A model generated the notes under the pieces. It had not been told where the DNA came from, did no database searches, and saw nothing but the letters and a program-made list of their open reading frames with translations. From an uncultured Clostridia bacterium (GTDB lineage Bacteria > Bacillota > Clostridia > Christensenellales > Aristaeellaceae): a stretch of 64,000 bases of DNA. Positions 9,143 to 18,970 of this stretch are shown piece by piece. A program made the translations under genes and the position numbers. Position 1 is the stretch's first letter. Every line of letters starts with the position of its first letter. Location: contig CAKUCW010000003.1 of NCBI GenBank assembly GCA_934643825.1, positions 19,320 to 83,319 on the forward strand, read 5' to 3'.

Positions 9143-9268
9143 TTCAATCCTCCGTAAATTCCCGATTTCTTACCGTCAACTAAATATAGCACACATCAAA
9201 CGCCGATGACAATACGCAATCTCGCGCACCTTCCCATGCTGCATCCTTTTTTCTGCCAACTTGCGGAT

Positions 9269-9862
9269 TCACGCATTCGTTCGAAGCAGCTCCATCCGCT
9301 CGATGAGCCTTCGTCCCTGTCCCGCGGGCGCGGTCATCGCCAGAACGGTATCCACCCTCGCAATATTGGACGCAAGCCGCGTCACAATGCCTGCGCATTG
9401 GTCAAATCGTTCCGGCGCTTTCAGCGGCGCAAATCGAAGCGGAACGACCGCGTCATATTGCGGCAGTCTGTCCGCCGCATGCGGCTCCATGAGCAGCGCC
9501 GCCGCAGCCGCATCGCCCGCCAGCCGCATGGAAAGATAGCGCAGCAGCACAGTCTGCGCCGCCCGTTCCTGCGCCTGCTCATCGGGCTGTTCGTCGGTTT
9601 CCGGACGGATTTCAAGCTGGATGACGCCGTCTGCCCACAGGAGCGCATAGCCGACCGTTTCCGGCTCAAGCCGCGCAATGCTGCCGTTTTGAAGCACCAT
9701 TTCCAGCGCCACGGGTTTTGTTTTCCCATCCAGCGGAAAGAACTGAATGAACACTTCGGCGTTTTCTGAGGCGGGGAACGTCTGTCCTTCCCCGTCCACC
9801 GGACCGCAAAACTGCCCATTGACCCAGAGCAGCCCGCGCACGGCGCTCTCCATTTCGATCAT
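9269..9862 (-). CDS. Hypothetical protein
   Basis: The ORF has genome-typical GC. I prefer the internal start MIEMESAV, because a terminator-like hairpin follows dgoK at about 9903-9935. I recognise no family. Confidence 0.45.
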   Translation of the reverse strand: MIEMESAVRGLLWVNGQFCGPVDGEGQTFPASENAEVFIQFFPLDGKTKPVALEMVLQNGSIARLEPETVGYALLWADGVIQLEIRPETDEQPDEQAQERAAQTVLLRYLSMRLAGDAAAAALLMEPHAADRLPQYDAVVPLRFAPLKAPERFDQCAGIVTRLASNIARVDTVLAMTAPAGQGRRLIERMELLRTNA

Positions 9863-9953
9863 ACAGCGCACATACCCACCCTCTCTCGGAAGATGGGTAT
9901 GCAAAAAGAGGGAGCGTCTATGCACTCCCCCCTTTAAAAACAATCCTTCTCTT

Positions 9954-11027
9954 TTAGCCGCCGATTTTCAAAGCGCCGCTGACGCCCATTTTCGCGGAAA
10001 TCTCACGCGGAACGGCAATCGCGCCCTCGTGCCCCAACGCACCCAGTACGTCGATCATCGCCTGCTGCACAGGCGCTTTTCCCGCGACATAGATTCTCGG
10101 CAGAAGAATGTCGTGCATCGGCTCAACCGTCGGCGGAAAGCCGAGTGCCGCGCCTACGCCGAGCGACTGAATCACCGTGCCCGTCGGGAGCGGAACCTCC
10201 TCCGGCTCATCGGGAAGGAAATCCTCCATCGCCTGCACGTCCAGCGCCAGCGCCGCGCCGAGCAGATAGCTCTGAATCTCCGCCTTGCTTCGCTTGCCCA
10301 GCGTCCTCAGAATCCGTCCGGAGAATGCCGCACGCCCCAACCCGCTTTGCGAGCAAGCCCATGCGCCCTCCATCGCCATCTCGCTGACATAGGCTTCCGG
10401 CGTCACAAACGCGCTTCCGACCGCATCGGCAAGAAGGGTATGATGGGTCATCGCGTCCAGAAGCTCTCCGGATATGGACGTCATGCAGCCGAGAATCTTT
10501 CCCTCTTCGCTCATCGCAACGAATTTGTTGTGCGAACCGGGCAGGACAAGCATCGCCTTCTCCTTCAGCCCCAGCAGGTCATACAGTCCGATGGCTTCCG
10601 TTTCCTCTCCGCGCATCATATCCATCATGCTGAAGTTTTCCAGATCCACGGGCGCGGCAAAGTTACGCACGCCGGGGATGAACATGATGGGGAACGGCGC
10701 GATTTCCGGGAAGACCTGCTCACGCATCGCGTTTTTCAGATCCTGCTCCGACGCGGGCGCGGATACATGCGGAATTTCGAGCAGACCCATGTCGCTGGTA
10801 ATCATGCCGTAGGCGATGCAGCGGTGCACGTCGCCCGCTTCAAGCCCGTTCCTGCCGAGCAGCTGCGCGATGCATTCCGCAAGTGTCGTTTTCAGATAGC
10901 TGTTGTTTCCGTCTACTGCGGTATGGCGGACGCCGCCGTCCCTCGCTATGCTGTCCAGCGGTTTGCGCTCGTCGCTGAGCAGCGTCACGCGCAGGTTCGT
11001 CGTTCCGCCGTCAATGATGAGAATCAT
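9954..11027 (-). CDS. dgoK: 2-dehydro-3-deoxygalactonokinase (DgoK family)
   Basis: MILIIDGGTTNLRV...CIAYGMITSDMGLLEIPHVSAP matches the DgoK family pattern. The start is ATG after a GGGAGG RBS and overlaps the eda stop. Confidence 0.75.
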   Translation of the reverse strand: MILIIDGGTTNLRVTLLSDERKPLDSIARDGGVRHTAVDGNNSYLKTTLAECIAQLLGRNGLEAGDVHRCIAYGMITSDMGLLEIPHVSAPASEQDLKNAMREQVFPEIAPFPIMFIPGVRNFAAPVDLENFSMMDMMRGEETEAIGLYDLLGLKEKAMLVLPGSHNKFVAMSEEGKILGCMTSISGELLDAMTHHTLLADAVGSAFVTPEAYVSEMAMEGAWACSQSGLGRAAFSGRILRTLGKRSKAEIQSYLLGAALALDVQAMEDFLPDEPEEVPLPTGTVIQSLGVGAALGFPPTVEPMHDILLPRIYVAGKAPVQQAMIDVLGALGHEGAIAVPREISAKMGVSGALKIGG

Positions 11028-11695
11028 TTCGCCGCCTCCCATTCCGCGATTGCCTGCGTGAACGCCTTCGCCCGCGCTTCAACCGCCGCGTAATCTCCCT
11101 CTCGCACAGCCTTTGCCGGCACGAGCTGACCGCCCACGCCAAAGCCGCACACGCCCGCGTTCAGGAATTCACTCACGTTTTCCGGTTTGACTCCGCCGAC
11201 CGCCGTCATCGGGATATGCGCCAGCGGCGCACGAACCGCCTTGATATACCCCACGCCAAGCTCGCCCGCCGGGAACAGCTTCACGATATCCGCGCCCGCG
11301 TTATGCGCCGCAACGATCTCCGTCGGCGTAAGCGCACCGGGCATGGAGACCATGCCGAGCTGACGCGTCCGGCGGATGACGCCGTAATCCACGTTCGGCG
11401 AAATGACCAGGCAGGCGCCCGCGTCGCATGCTGCTTCAACCTCCGGAACGGTCAGCGCCGTGCCGCAGCCGACCAGCATGCTGCTGCCGTATTTTTCAAC
11501 CGTGTGGCGAATCTTTTCCGCATTCTCGCGGAGGCAATCCTCGCCGTCGTGGTCAAACGTAAATTCCAGAATGCGCACGCCGCCAGCCGCCAGCGCTTCC
11601 ACCACGCCGTCCAGCTTTTCCATCGGAACGCCGCGCAGAATCGCAATCAGCTTCTCCCGGCGAATCGCCGTCAAAACCTCATGATGAGAAAGCAT
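11024..11695 (-). CDS. eda: KDPG/KHG aldolase (Eda/DgoA family)
   Basis: 223 aa. LIAILRG...GVRILEFTF...GCGT...SP...PG..TPTE...A.GADIVKLFPA is the classic class I KDPG aldolase pattern. It lies adjacent to dgoK. Confidence 0.85.
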   Translation of the reverse strand: MLSHHEVLTAIRREKLIAILRGVPMEKLDGVVEALAAGGVRILEFTFDHDGEDCLRENAEKIRHTVEKYGSSMLVGCGTALTVPEVEAACDAGACLVISPNVDYGVIRRTRQLGMVSMPGALTPTEIVAAHNAGADIVKLFPAGELGVGYIKAVRAPLAHIPMTAVGGVKPENVSEFLNAGVCGFGVGGQLVPAKAVREGDYAAVEARAKAFTQAIAEWEAAK

Positions 11696-11712
11696 GCTTT
11701 TTTCCTCCCTGT

Positions 11713-13086
11713 TTATGCGCAGAGCGCAAGGATTGCGTAAGCGTAAATCCGCGCCGCTTTGACAAAGTTGGCAACGTCAATGCTCTCATTCGCCTGATGC
11801 TCAAGCTCCAGTTCGCCCGGGAAGAGCATGCCGTAAGCCACGCCTTCCTTCAGGTGACGCGCATATGTGCCGCCGCCGATGGCAAACGGCTTCGCGTCCG
11901 CGCCCGTGATGGTGTTGTAAACATCCATCAGCTTGACGACCAGCTCGCTGCTTTCCGGAACATGATGCGGCTGGCTCGCGTGCGTCGGCTCAAGCGCAAA
12001 GCCCGCCGGCGCAAGGCGCTTGGCGACCGTTTCGCTGATGGTGCGGTCATTGAAGAACACCGGGAAACGGCAGTCAAACGTCACATTCAGCTTGCCTTCC
12101 TTCGCAGAGAGCAGACCGAGATTGATGGTCAGCTTGCCGGAAACCGCGTCGCTGCCCGCAATGCCCAGGTTCGCGCCCTCCGAACCTTCGCCCGCCGCTT
12201 CATCCAGCAGCGCGATCGGCGCACCGCCGATGCCCAGCTTGTTCAGCACGGCAATGAGCATCTTCGCGGCGTTCTTGCCCTTCTCCGGGAAGGACGCGTG
12301 CGCGGCAACGCCGGTCACCGTCAAGCGGGTGTTTCCGTCCACCAGTTCGGTTTCCAGCTGGCAGTCCTCGTCATCGACATCAAACGCATCGGCAGCCGCT
12401 TCGCGCCAGTCGCCCGCCAAAATCGCCGTCGCCAGATTCGGAACGATGTTGCAGCGCGTGCCGGATGCGATTTCAAGCAGACGATCATCCGCCATCGGTG
12501 CATGGAGGGTGAGCTGCATGATGCCCTTTTCGGTATTGATGAGCGGGAAATTAGCGTCCGGAGAGAAGCCCATATCCGGCAGACCGACCTTCTTCTCGTA
12601 GTACTTCAAATCTTCCATGCCGCATTCCTCGTCGCAGCCCAGAATCAGGCGGCAGCGGCGGCGCAGCGGAATACCCGCGTCCATAATCGCCTTCATGCCA
12701 AAGAGCGCGGCAACGCCGGGTCCCTTGTCATCGCTGGTTCCGCGTCCGATCATGCGTCCGTCGATGATCTCCGCGCCGTAAGGATCATGGTTCCAGCCGT
12801 CGCCCTCGGGCACGACATCCAGATGCGCCAGCACCGCCACGACGTCATCGCCCGAACCGATTTCCGTGTCGCAGCAATATCCGTCCACGTCGCGGGGCTC
12901 AAATCCCAGACGCTTCAAATCCGCCATCGCGGTATCCAGCGCACGGCGCACGTCCGCGCCAAACGGCGCATTCTCCGCGCTTCTCTCGGCACGCACGCTC
13001 GGCACGCGCACCCAGCGCTGAAGGGTCTGCACCATATCGCCTTTAAGAGCGGCGAGCGCCGCATCCAGCTTTTCATTGTACTGCAT
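11713..13086 (-). CDS. pepV: M20 family dipeptidase (PepV/Sapep type)
   Basis: 457 aa. VLAHLDVVPEGDGWNHDPYGAEIIDGRMIGRGTSDDKGP is the M20 metal-binding and catalytic signature. Confidence 0.85.
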   Translation of the reverse strand: MQYNEKLDAALAALKGDMVQTLQRWVRVPSVRAERSAENAPFGADVRRALDTAMADLKRLGFEPRDVDGYCCDTEIGSGDDVVAVLAHLDVVPEGDGWNHDPYGAEIIDGRMIGRGTSDDKGPGVAALFGMKAIMDAGIPLRRRCRLILGCDEECGMEDLKYYEKKVGLPDMGFSPDANFPLINTEKGIMQLTLHAPMADDRLLEIASGTRCNIVPNLATAILAGDWREAAADAFDVDDEDCQLETELVDGNTRLTVTGVAAHASFPEKGKNAAKMLIAVLNKLGIGGAPIALLDEAAGEGSEGANLGIAGSDAVSGKLTINLGLLSAKEGKLNVTFDCRFPVFFNDRTISETVAKRLAPAGFALEPTHASQPHHVPESSELVVKLMDVYNTITGADAKPFAIGGGTYARHLKEGVAYGMLFPGELELEHQANESIDVANFVKAARIYAYAILALCA

Positions 13087-13103
13087 CAGAATTTTCCTCC
13101 TTT

Positions 13104-14279
13104 TTATCCCAACACTGTTTTCAAGTGTTCAAGCGCCGTTTCCAGCTGCGCACGCGGGCAGCCGATGTTCAAACGGATAAATCCGCGTCCACCCTCGCCA
13201 AAGAACAATCCGTCGTTTACCTTGATGTGCGCGGCAAGCAGCCGACGCATCAGTTCCTCCTGCTCAAGCCCCAGCGCCCGGCAGTCCAGCCACATCAGAT
13301 ACGTCGCCTCCAGCGGCGTCACGACAACCTTCGGGAAGTTTTCCCTGGCATACTGCATCACGAAATCGCGGTTCTCCATCAGGTATGCCTTCAAGCCGTC
13401 GAGCCACGCGTCGCAGTCCGTATAGGCGGCGCGGGTCGCCGCCAGCGCAAACACATTGCCGCTCTTCACGCCGCAGGCGTTGATCTCCTGACAAATCCGT
13501 TCGCGCATCGTTTCGTTTTCGCAGACGATGGCGCTCTGCTGAAGCCCTGCGACATTGTAAGTCTTGCTCGCCGCGCAGAGCATGACGGCAAACTCGCGTG
13601 CATGCGGCGCTTCCAGCACGCTGTGGTGCTTCGCGGGCTGATAGACGAAATCCGCATGGATCTCATCGCACGCCAGCGGCACACCGTATTTGTAGCAAAG
13701 CGCCGCCACACTCGCCAATTCCTCTTCCGACCAAGCGCGTCCGCACGGGTTATGCGGCGAACACATCATGACCATCCTGGCTTCCCGCGAGGCGAGTTTT
13801 CCCTCCGCGTCGGCGAGATTCAGCGTATAGCGTCCCTTTTCGTCGCGCACCAGCGGACTGGCGACAACCTTTCTGCCGCTCTCGCGGATGGACGCATAGA
13901 ACGGTCCGTATACCGGCGTAAAGATCAGCACACCGTCGTTCGGCTCGGTCAGCGCACGAACGCACATGCGCAAGCCGGACACGACGCACGGAAGCATCAG
14001 CACCGCTTGGGGATCGATGGCGACCTGATGGCGCCGCTTCCAATAGTCGCACAGGGCGCGGGCATCTTTTTCGCCTGCGTGCGTATAGCCCCACGTTCCC
14101 TGCGCTGCGACCTTGGCGAGCGCCTGCGCGATTGCGGGCGGCGACGGGAAATCCATATCCGCAACCCACATCGGAACCAGATCCGGATCGTTGTTTTCCG
14201 CCATCATTTCGTCCCATTTTACGCAGTCCGTGCCGATGCGCGAAATGCCGGCATCAAAGTAAGCCTTGTCAAATATCAA
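13104..14279 (-). CDS. patB: MalY/PatB family PLP-dependent C-S lyase (cystathionine beta-lyase type aminotransferase)
   Basis: GTDCVKWDEM...VPMWVADMDFPSPP is the PatB/MalY signature. I place the start at TTG 14279, 9 nt after a GAGGAGG RBS, rather than at the track ATG 14336. Confidence 0.85.
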   Translation of the reverse strand: MIFDKAYFDAGISRIGTDCVKWDEMMAENNDPDLVPMWVADMDFPSPPAIAQALAKVAAQGTWGYTHAGEKDARALCDYWKRRHQVAIDPQAVLMLPCVVSGLRMCVRALTEPNDGVLIFTPVYGPFYASIRESGRKVVASPLVRDEKGRYTLNLADAEGKLASREARMVMMCSPHNPCGRAWSEEELASVAALCYKYGVPLACDEIHADFVYQPAKHHSVLEAPHAREFAVMLCAASKTYNVAGLQQSAIVCENETMRERICQEINACGVKSGNVFALAATRAAYTDCDAWLDGLKAYLMENRDFVMQYARENFPKVVVTPLEATYLMWLDCRALGLEQEELMRRLLAAHIKVNDGLFFGEGGRGFIRLNIGCPRAQLETALEHLKTVLG

Positions 14280-15855
14280 TTTTCTCGACCTCCTCAGTCT
14301 TTGGTATCGCAAGAAGCAGCGGCAGCACACAGACAAACGGATAGAGATACCGCCCCTGCATCACAGGTCCTAACAGATAGGTCAGCCACAGCAGTAAAAC
14401 CAGCCCGATCAAGGCAAACCGTTTTCCTCGTCCGCTGTACAGGGCATAGCCTGCGCACAGCAGCATCACCCAAATCAGCAGCCCCGCATTGAGCAGCCAT
14501 CGCAAGACGGGAATCCCGCTTGCGCCGTTTGACGCAACATGCCCATCCAGCCACGCTCTTGCCGCCTCAAAGCGCTGCGGCTGCGTCGGCGGCGTCTGCC
14601 CGAAGGGGTCGCCCAGCACGCGGGGATTGAGCCCCAGCTCGATATATTGAACCGTTCCATGATAGCTTCGATAGGGATACAAAAATGGAAGCGCGAGATT
14701 CCAAAACGCATCGTGATAGATACCCGGGCACTTTTTGCCGATCGACGCCCACAGCTTCAGCGCACCACGCGGGTTTGCCATGACGGCAGGCGTGTTGATG
14801 AAATTCTTCACCGGATCGGCAAACTTTTCATCGTATCGCGTATAACATTCCTGCTTGAAGAACTCGTCCATTGCCGCACGCTCTTCCGGGGTAAAGCTCT
14901 CCGGCGATTTCTGATAAGCACGGGCGAGCTGCTGCGCCGGAACGCTGAACATTTCCTTGGCGTCGCCGCCCTCGGCATTCGTCAGCGCGGCAAGCCCTGC
15001 GCCTGCTCCTGCGCCAAGCAACGCCGCCGCCAGCGCGAAGCAGACAGTTCTGCGCATGCCCTTTCCCCAGATCATCGCCAGCACAATCCAAACCGCCAGC
15101 GAATAGATCATGTTGTTGCGGAACAGACAGGCAAGCGTTCCGGACAGAATCAGCACGATTCGTCTGCCAAGCGTCAGCCCGGTTTGCGTTTCTTCCATCA
15201 AATATGCCACGAACAGCGCAAAGAACGCTCCAAAAAGCACGTCCTTGGTATAATTGCCCGCGAAAAACATGTGATACGGAAAAAGCCCAAAGTACACCGC
15301 AGACAGCCGCGCCGCTCTGCGCGAACATGTGCGGGATATGGATGCGCAAATCAGGGCAAAGCATCCCGCGATCAGCGCCGATTGCAGCACGCTGTAAAGG
15401 AAGGCACAGCGCTCAATCGACTGAAAGACATCGTAAAAGCTCAGGCAGAATCCCAGCAGAAGCGTATGCGCCAGCGGATGTGCCGCATTATATTGTCCGG
15501 AAGCAACCTGCCAAATCTGCGCACTCGTGTCGTAAACAAACGATCCGGGATACTCAATCAGCAGCATCGGCACATAGCAAAGCCCGATCCCTATGAATGC
15601 CGCAAACGTATGAAACGGACGCCCCGCCTGTTTGGGCGTGCAGACCATTTTGGGCATTAAAAATTCCATCAGCACCAGCAGGATCAGCCAAGCCGCCGGA
15701 AAGCTCACGGCAAACCGACCGAGCGTTGCGCCCAAGCCCGCCGTACCGGATGCATCAATCTGTGAGCCTACGGAAAACAGCAGCGCATACATCGCCGCGC
15801 CAAACGACAGGACGGCAATCTTCTTTCCCTTGTTTTCTTTTAATATGCTCCGCAT
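14269..15855 (-). CDS. Polytopic membrane protein, GT-C-like (DUF6020-like, from memory); paralog 1 of 3 in this window
   Basis: 528 aa with many TM segments. It shares YPGSFVYD, AHPLAHTLLL and TKDVLF motifs with the ORFs at 22317 and 24076. Confidence 0.75.
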   Translation of the reverse strand: MRSILKENKGKKIAVLSFGAAMYALLFSVGSQIDASGTAGLGATLGRFAVSFPAAWLILLVLMEFLMPKMVCTPKQAGRPFHTFAAFIGIGLCYVPMLLIEYPGSFVYDTSAQIWQVASGQYNAAHPLAHTLLLGFCLSFYDVFQSIERCAFLYSVLQSALIAGCFALICASISRTCSRRAARLSAVYFGLFPYHMFFAGNYTKDVLFGAFFALFVAYLMEETQTGLTLGRRIVLILSGTLACLFRNNMIYSLAVWIVLAMIWGKGMRRTVCFALAAALLGAGAGAGLAALTNAEGGDAKEMFSVPAQQLARAYQKSPESFTPEERAAMDEFFKQECYTRYDEKFADPVKNFINTPAVMANPRGALKLWASIGKKCPGIYHDAFWNLALPFLYPYRSYHGTVQYIELGLNPRVLGDPFGQTPPTQPQRFEAARAWLDGHVASNGASGIPVLRWLLNAGLLIWVMLLCAGYALYSGRGKRFALIGLVLLLWLTYLLGPVMQGRYLYPFVCVLPLLLAIPKTEEVEKIDI

Positions 15856-15857
15856 GG

Positions 15858-16445
15858 TCAGACCTCGCAGGCAATGATCCAGTAACCGCCGTCGCGAGCG
15901 ATGACTTCTGCATTCGCATAAAGCTCCTTGAGGAACTTGAGTGCGCTGGGCGCTCCCTGCTGTTTCCTGATGACCAGATACAGGGCGCCGCCGGGCGCGA
16001 GATGCGCCTTAGCATCCTCGAACATCTGATAGATGACCGCCTTTCCGGCACGGATGGGCGGATTGGTGATCACGGCGTCAAACTCGCCCTCGACGGCAGC
16101 AAATCCATCGGACAGGAGAGCCTTTGCCTGCATATGGTTCTTGGCGACATTCTGCGTCGCCAATGCCAGCGCACGCTCATTGACATCCACCATCGTCACA
16201 TCAAGCGACGGAAAGCGCGACAGCGTCATCACGGTCATTGCGCCCCAGCCGCATCCCAGATCCAGCACGCGTCCATGCAGCTCAGGCAGGCTCTTACAGA
16301 GCAGCTCACTGCCGGGATCGACATGCTGCTTAGAGAACACGCCCGCATCCGTATCAAATGCAAGCGTTTTTCCCATGAACACCATCGTGAAATGGCGATC
16401 CTCGTGTTCACTGGTAGGGGCATTGGTATAATAATACTCCGGCAT
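15858..16445 (-). CDS. Class I SAM-dependent methyltransferase, RsmC/RlmG-like MTS domain
   Basis: VLDLGCGWGAMTV and ITNPPIRAGK (NPPxH-like) motifs. The start is the second ATG, which lies after an AAGGAG RBS. Confidence 0.8.
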   Translation of the reverse strand: MPEYYYTNAPTSEHEDRHFTMVFMGKTLAFDTDAGVFSKQHVDPGSELLCKSLPELHGRVLDLGCGWGAMTVMTLSRFPSLDVTMVDVNERALALATQNVAKNHMQAKALLSDGFAAVEGEFDAVITNPPIRAGKAVIYQMFEDAKAHLAPGGALYLVIRKQQGAPSALKFLKELYANAEVIARDGGYWIIACEV

Positions 16446-16484
16446 AAAAAACTCCTTCATGATAAGGTAGGGGGGTACGTTGGG

Positions 16485-16650
16485 GCTACTCGCCCCAAAC
16501 CCTCGGCAGGGAACTTATTCACTGTACCCTCTCTTCACTTCGCGGCGGTTTAAATAGGCTCATCGTCAGCTGTCGCATGGCGACAGCGTAGCAGAAGGTC
16601 AAGGGAACTTAGTTCCCTTGTGGGGTTTGGGGTGAAACCCCAATCGTTCT
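16485..16650. repeat. Two convergent copies of the mosaic hairpin repeat family
   Basis: Left copy: GGGGCTACTCGCCCC-AAACCCTCGGC-AGGGAAC...CTTCACTTCGCGGCGGTTTAAA. The right copy, read on the minus strand, is GGGGTTTCACCCC-AAACCCCAC-AAGGGAACTAAGTTCCCTT...GCTACGCTGTCGCCATGCGACAGCTGA, colinear with the units at 43494-43750. Confidence 0.8.
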
Positions 16651-17403
16651 CCCCCACGTTTCAACAACGCGCTCCCCGTCATCCGGCTGCTCAAGCTGAG
16701 CGACTTCCTCATCGGTCAACTCGCGCCACTCGCCCGGCGCAAGCGTAGGATCCAGCATCAGGCTTCCGATCGCCATGCGTTTAAGATAGACAACAGGCTT
16801 TCCACAGGCGGCAAACATGCGCTTGACCTGATGATACTTGCCCTCGGTCACGCGGATGAATGCCGCGTTTCCCTCAGCTTTCCAAATCTTCGCCGGTCGC
16901 GCCTCAAACTCGCCGTCCGCATCGCTGATCTGAATGCCGGCTTCAAGCGCCCGGATATCCGCGTCCGTCAATTCGCCGTCGAGCCGCGCATAGTAAATCT
17001 TGCCGACCTCGTGCTTGGGCGAAATGATGCGATGGGCAAGCTGTCCATCCGATGTGATGACAAGCAGCCCCTCGGTATCCTTATCCAACCGACCGGCGGG
17101 CATCGCGCCCATCGCGGCATACATCGGCGGAAGCAGATCCATGACGGTCTTCTGCTTTTTGTCCCTCGCGGCAGTCAGCACGCCTGCCGGTTTATGCAGC
17201 ATCACATGCCGAACGGATTTATAGCTCAGTCGTCTGCCATCCAGCCGGATGTCGCTTTCCTCTCCATCGACCTGCATGCCCGCGTCCCTGGCAGGCACGC
17301 CGTCCACCGTCACACGTCCCGCACGAACTGCCGTTTTGATTTCACTGCGCGTACCCTCGCCGAGCAGCGCCAGCAGCTTATCCAGCCGCATTTTGTTACT
17401 CAA
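16609..17403 (-). CDS. rsuA: Pseudouridine synthase, RsuA/RluB family (S4 domain plus catalytic domain)
   Basis: MRLDKLLA...RAGRVTVDGV (S4 domain), HVMLHKPAG and GRLDKDTEGLLV (catalytic Asp motif). The last 13 or so codons lie inside the hairpin repeat. Confidence 0.8.
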   Translation of the reverse strand: MSNKMRLDKLLALLGEGTRSEIKTAVRAGRVTVDGVPARDAGMQVDGEESDIRLDGRRLSYKSVRHVMLHKPAGVLTAARDKKQKTVMDLLPPMYAAMGAMPAGRLDKDTEGLLVITSDGQLAHRIISPKHEVGKIYYARLDGELTDADIRALEAGIQISDADGEFEARPAKIWKAEGNAAFIRVTEGKYHQVKRMFAACGKPVVYLKRMAIGSLMLDPTLAPGEWRELTDEEVAQLEQPDDGERVVETWGRTIGVSPQTPQGN

Positions 17404-17675
17404 ATCTCATTTCCTTCATTTCCTTGGTTTGTTTTCAATTATACAGCACGGCGCGTGGTTTTGCAATTATAAGCTCCTCCGAAGTGTTTTTTGTCGTCAT
17501 TGCTTGTTTTTTATCAACCTTTCGCCCGCATCACATCCGTTTTTCGTCGATTTTTGTGCAGGTTTGTGTGGGACATAATTCGCCCGCTAGGACGGTTTGT
17601 GTTCAAAAACTGACCCGTTTCCGATTCATATCAAGCAAACATCACATGAATTTGCTTTCCCTTTTGCATAGATTA

Positions 17676-17684
17676 TGGTATAAT
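17676..17684 (+). promoter_or_regulatory. Extended -10 promoter (TGgTATAAT) for the glg operon
   Basis: TGGTATAAT lies about 90 nt upstream of the glgC ATG. Confidence 0.5.
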
Positions 17685-17774
17685 GACATCAAGTGGACAG
17701 GCGGATGAGAAGGTTCTCTTCTCCCCGCCCCTCCGACGTTCCGATCAACCCAATATCACAGGAGTGTGTTTACG

Positions 17775-18956
17775 ATGAGGAAGAAGCAATGCGTTGCCAT
17801 GCTGCTTGCTGGCGGACAGGGCAGCCGTCTGGGCATTCTGACCAAGGATGTCGCCAAGCCGGCAGTTCCCTACGGCGGAAAATATCGCATCATCGATTTT
17901 CCGCTTTCCAACTGCACCAATTCGGGCATCGATGTCGTCGGCGTGCTGACGCAGTATCGCCCGCTGGAACTGAATGCCTATATCGGCTCCGGTTCTCCGT
18001 GGGATCTTGACCTTTCCAACGGCGGCGTCTACGTTCTGCCGCCGTATCAGACCGGCAAAACCGGCGAATGGTACAAGGGCACGGCAAACGCCATCTATCA
18101 GAATATCCCGTTCATCGCCCAGTGGGATCCGGAGTACGTTCTCGTTCTCTCCGGCGACCATATCTACAAGATGGACTACAACGCCATGCTCCGCGAGCAT
18201 ATCGCCAAGGGCGCGGATCTGACCATCGCCGTGCGCGAGGTTCCGTGGGAAGAGGCGCCGCGCTTCGGCATCCTCAATACGGATGACAACAACCGCATCA
18301 CCGAGTTCGAAGAGAAGCCGGCTCATCCGAAGAGCAACAAGGCTTCCATGGGCGTGTACATCTTCTCCTGGAGCAAGATGCGCAAGTACCTCGAGCTGGA
18401 CGAAGCCAACCCGAACAGCGACAACGACTTTGGCAAGAACATCATTCCCGCCATGCTCAGCGCCGGCGAGAACCTCTATACCTACACCTTTGACGGCTAC
18501 TGGAAGGACGTCGGAACCATCGAGTCCCTCTGGGAAGCGAACATGGATCTGCTCGAAATGCCGATGCCGATCGACCTGTACGACAAGCGCTGGCGCATCT
18601 ACGCCCGTAACCCGGGCATGCCGCCGCATTATGTTGCCGAGGGCGCAAAGGTCATCAACTGCCTGATTACCGAGGGCTGCGAGGTCAAGGGCGTCATCAA
18701 TCACTCCGTCCTCTTCGCGGGCGTAACGGTTGAGACCGGCGCGGAAATCACTGACGCGGTCATCATGCCGGGCGCGGTGATCGATCGCGGCGCGGTCGTC
18801 CGCCGTGCAATCATCGCGGAGAATGCGCACATCTGCGCGGGCGCCGTGGTCGGCGAGGAAACCGGCAAGATTGCCGTCGTCGGGCATAACGCCGTCATTC
18901 CCGCAGGGGAAAAGGTTGCCGCCGGCGTACAGATCGACGCCGACGCGCAGCAGTAA
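17775..18956 (+). CDS. glgC: Glucose-1-phosphate adenylyltransferase, catalytic subunit GlgC
   Basis: [52 protein letters not shown] is the canonical GlgC N-terminus. The ATG lies 11 nt after AGGAG. Confidence 0.9.
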   Translation: MRKKQCVAMLLAGGQGSRLGILTKDVAKPAVPYGGKYRIIDFPLSNCTNSGIDVVGVLTQYRPLELNAYIGSGSPWDLDLSNGGVYVLPPYQTGKTGEWYKGTANAIYQNIPFIAQWDPEYVLVLSGDHIYKMDYNAMLREHIAKGADLTIAVREVPWEEAPRFGILNTDDNNRITEFEEKPAHPKSNKASMGVYIFSWSKMRKYLELDEANPNSDNDFGKNIIPAMLSAGENLYTYTFDGYWKDVGTIESLWEANMDLLEMPMPIDLYDKRWRIYARNPGMPPHYVAEGAKVINCLITEGCEVKGVINHSVLFAGVTVETGAEITDAVIMPGAVIDRGAVVRRAIIAENAHICAGAVVGEETGKIAVVGHNAVIPAGEKVAAGVQIDADAQQ

Positions 18957-18970
18957 GGAGGGGCACTCAC

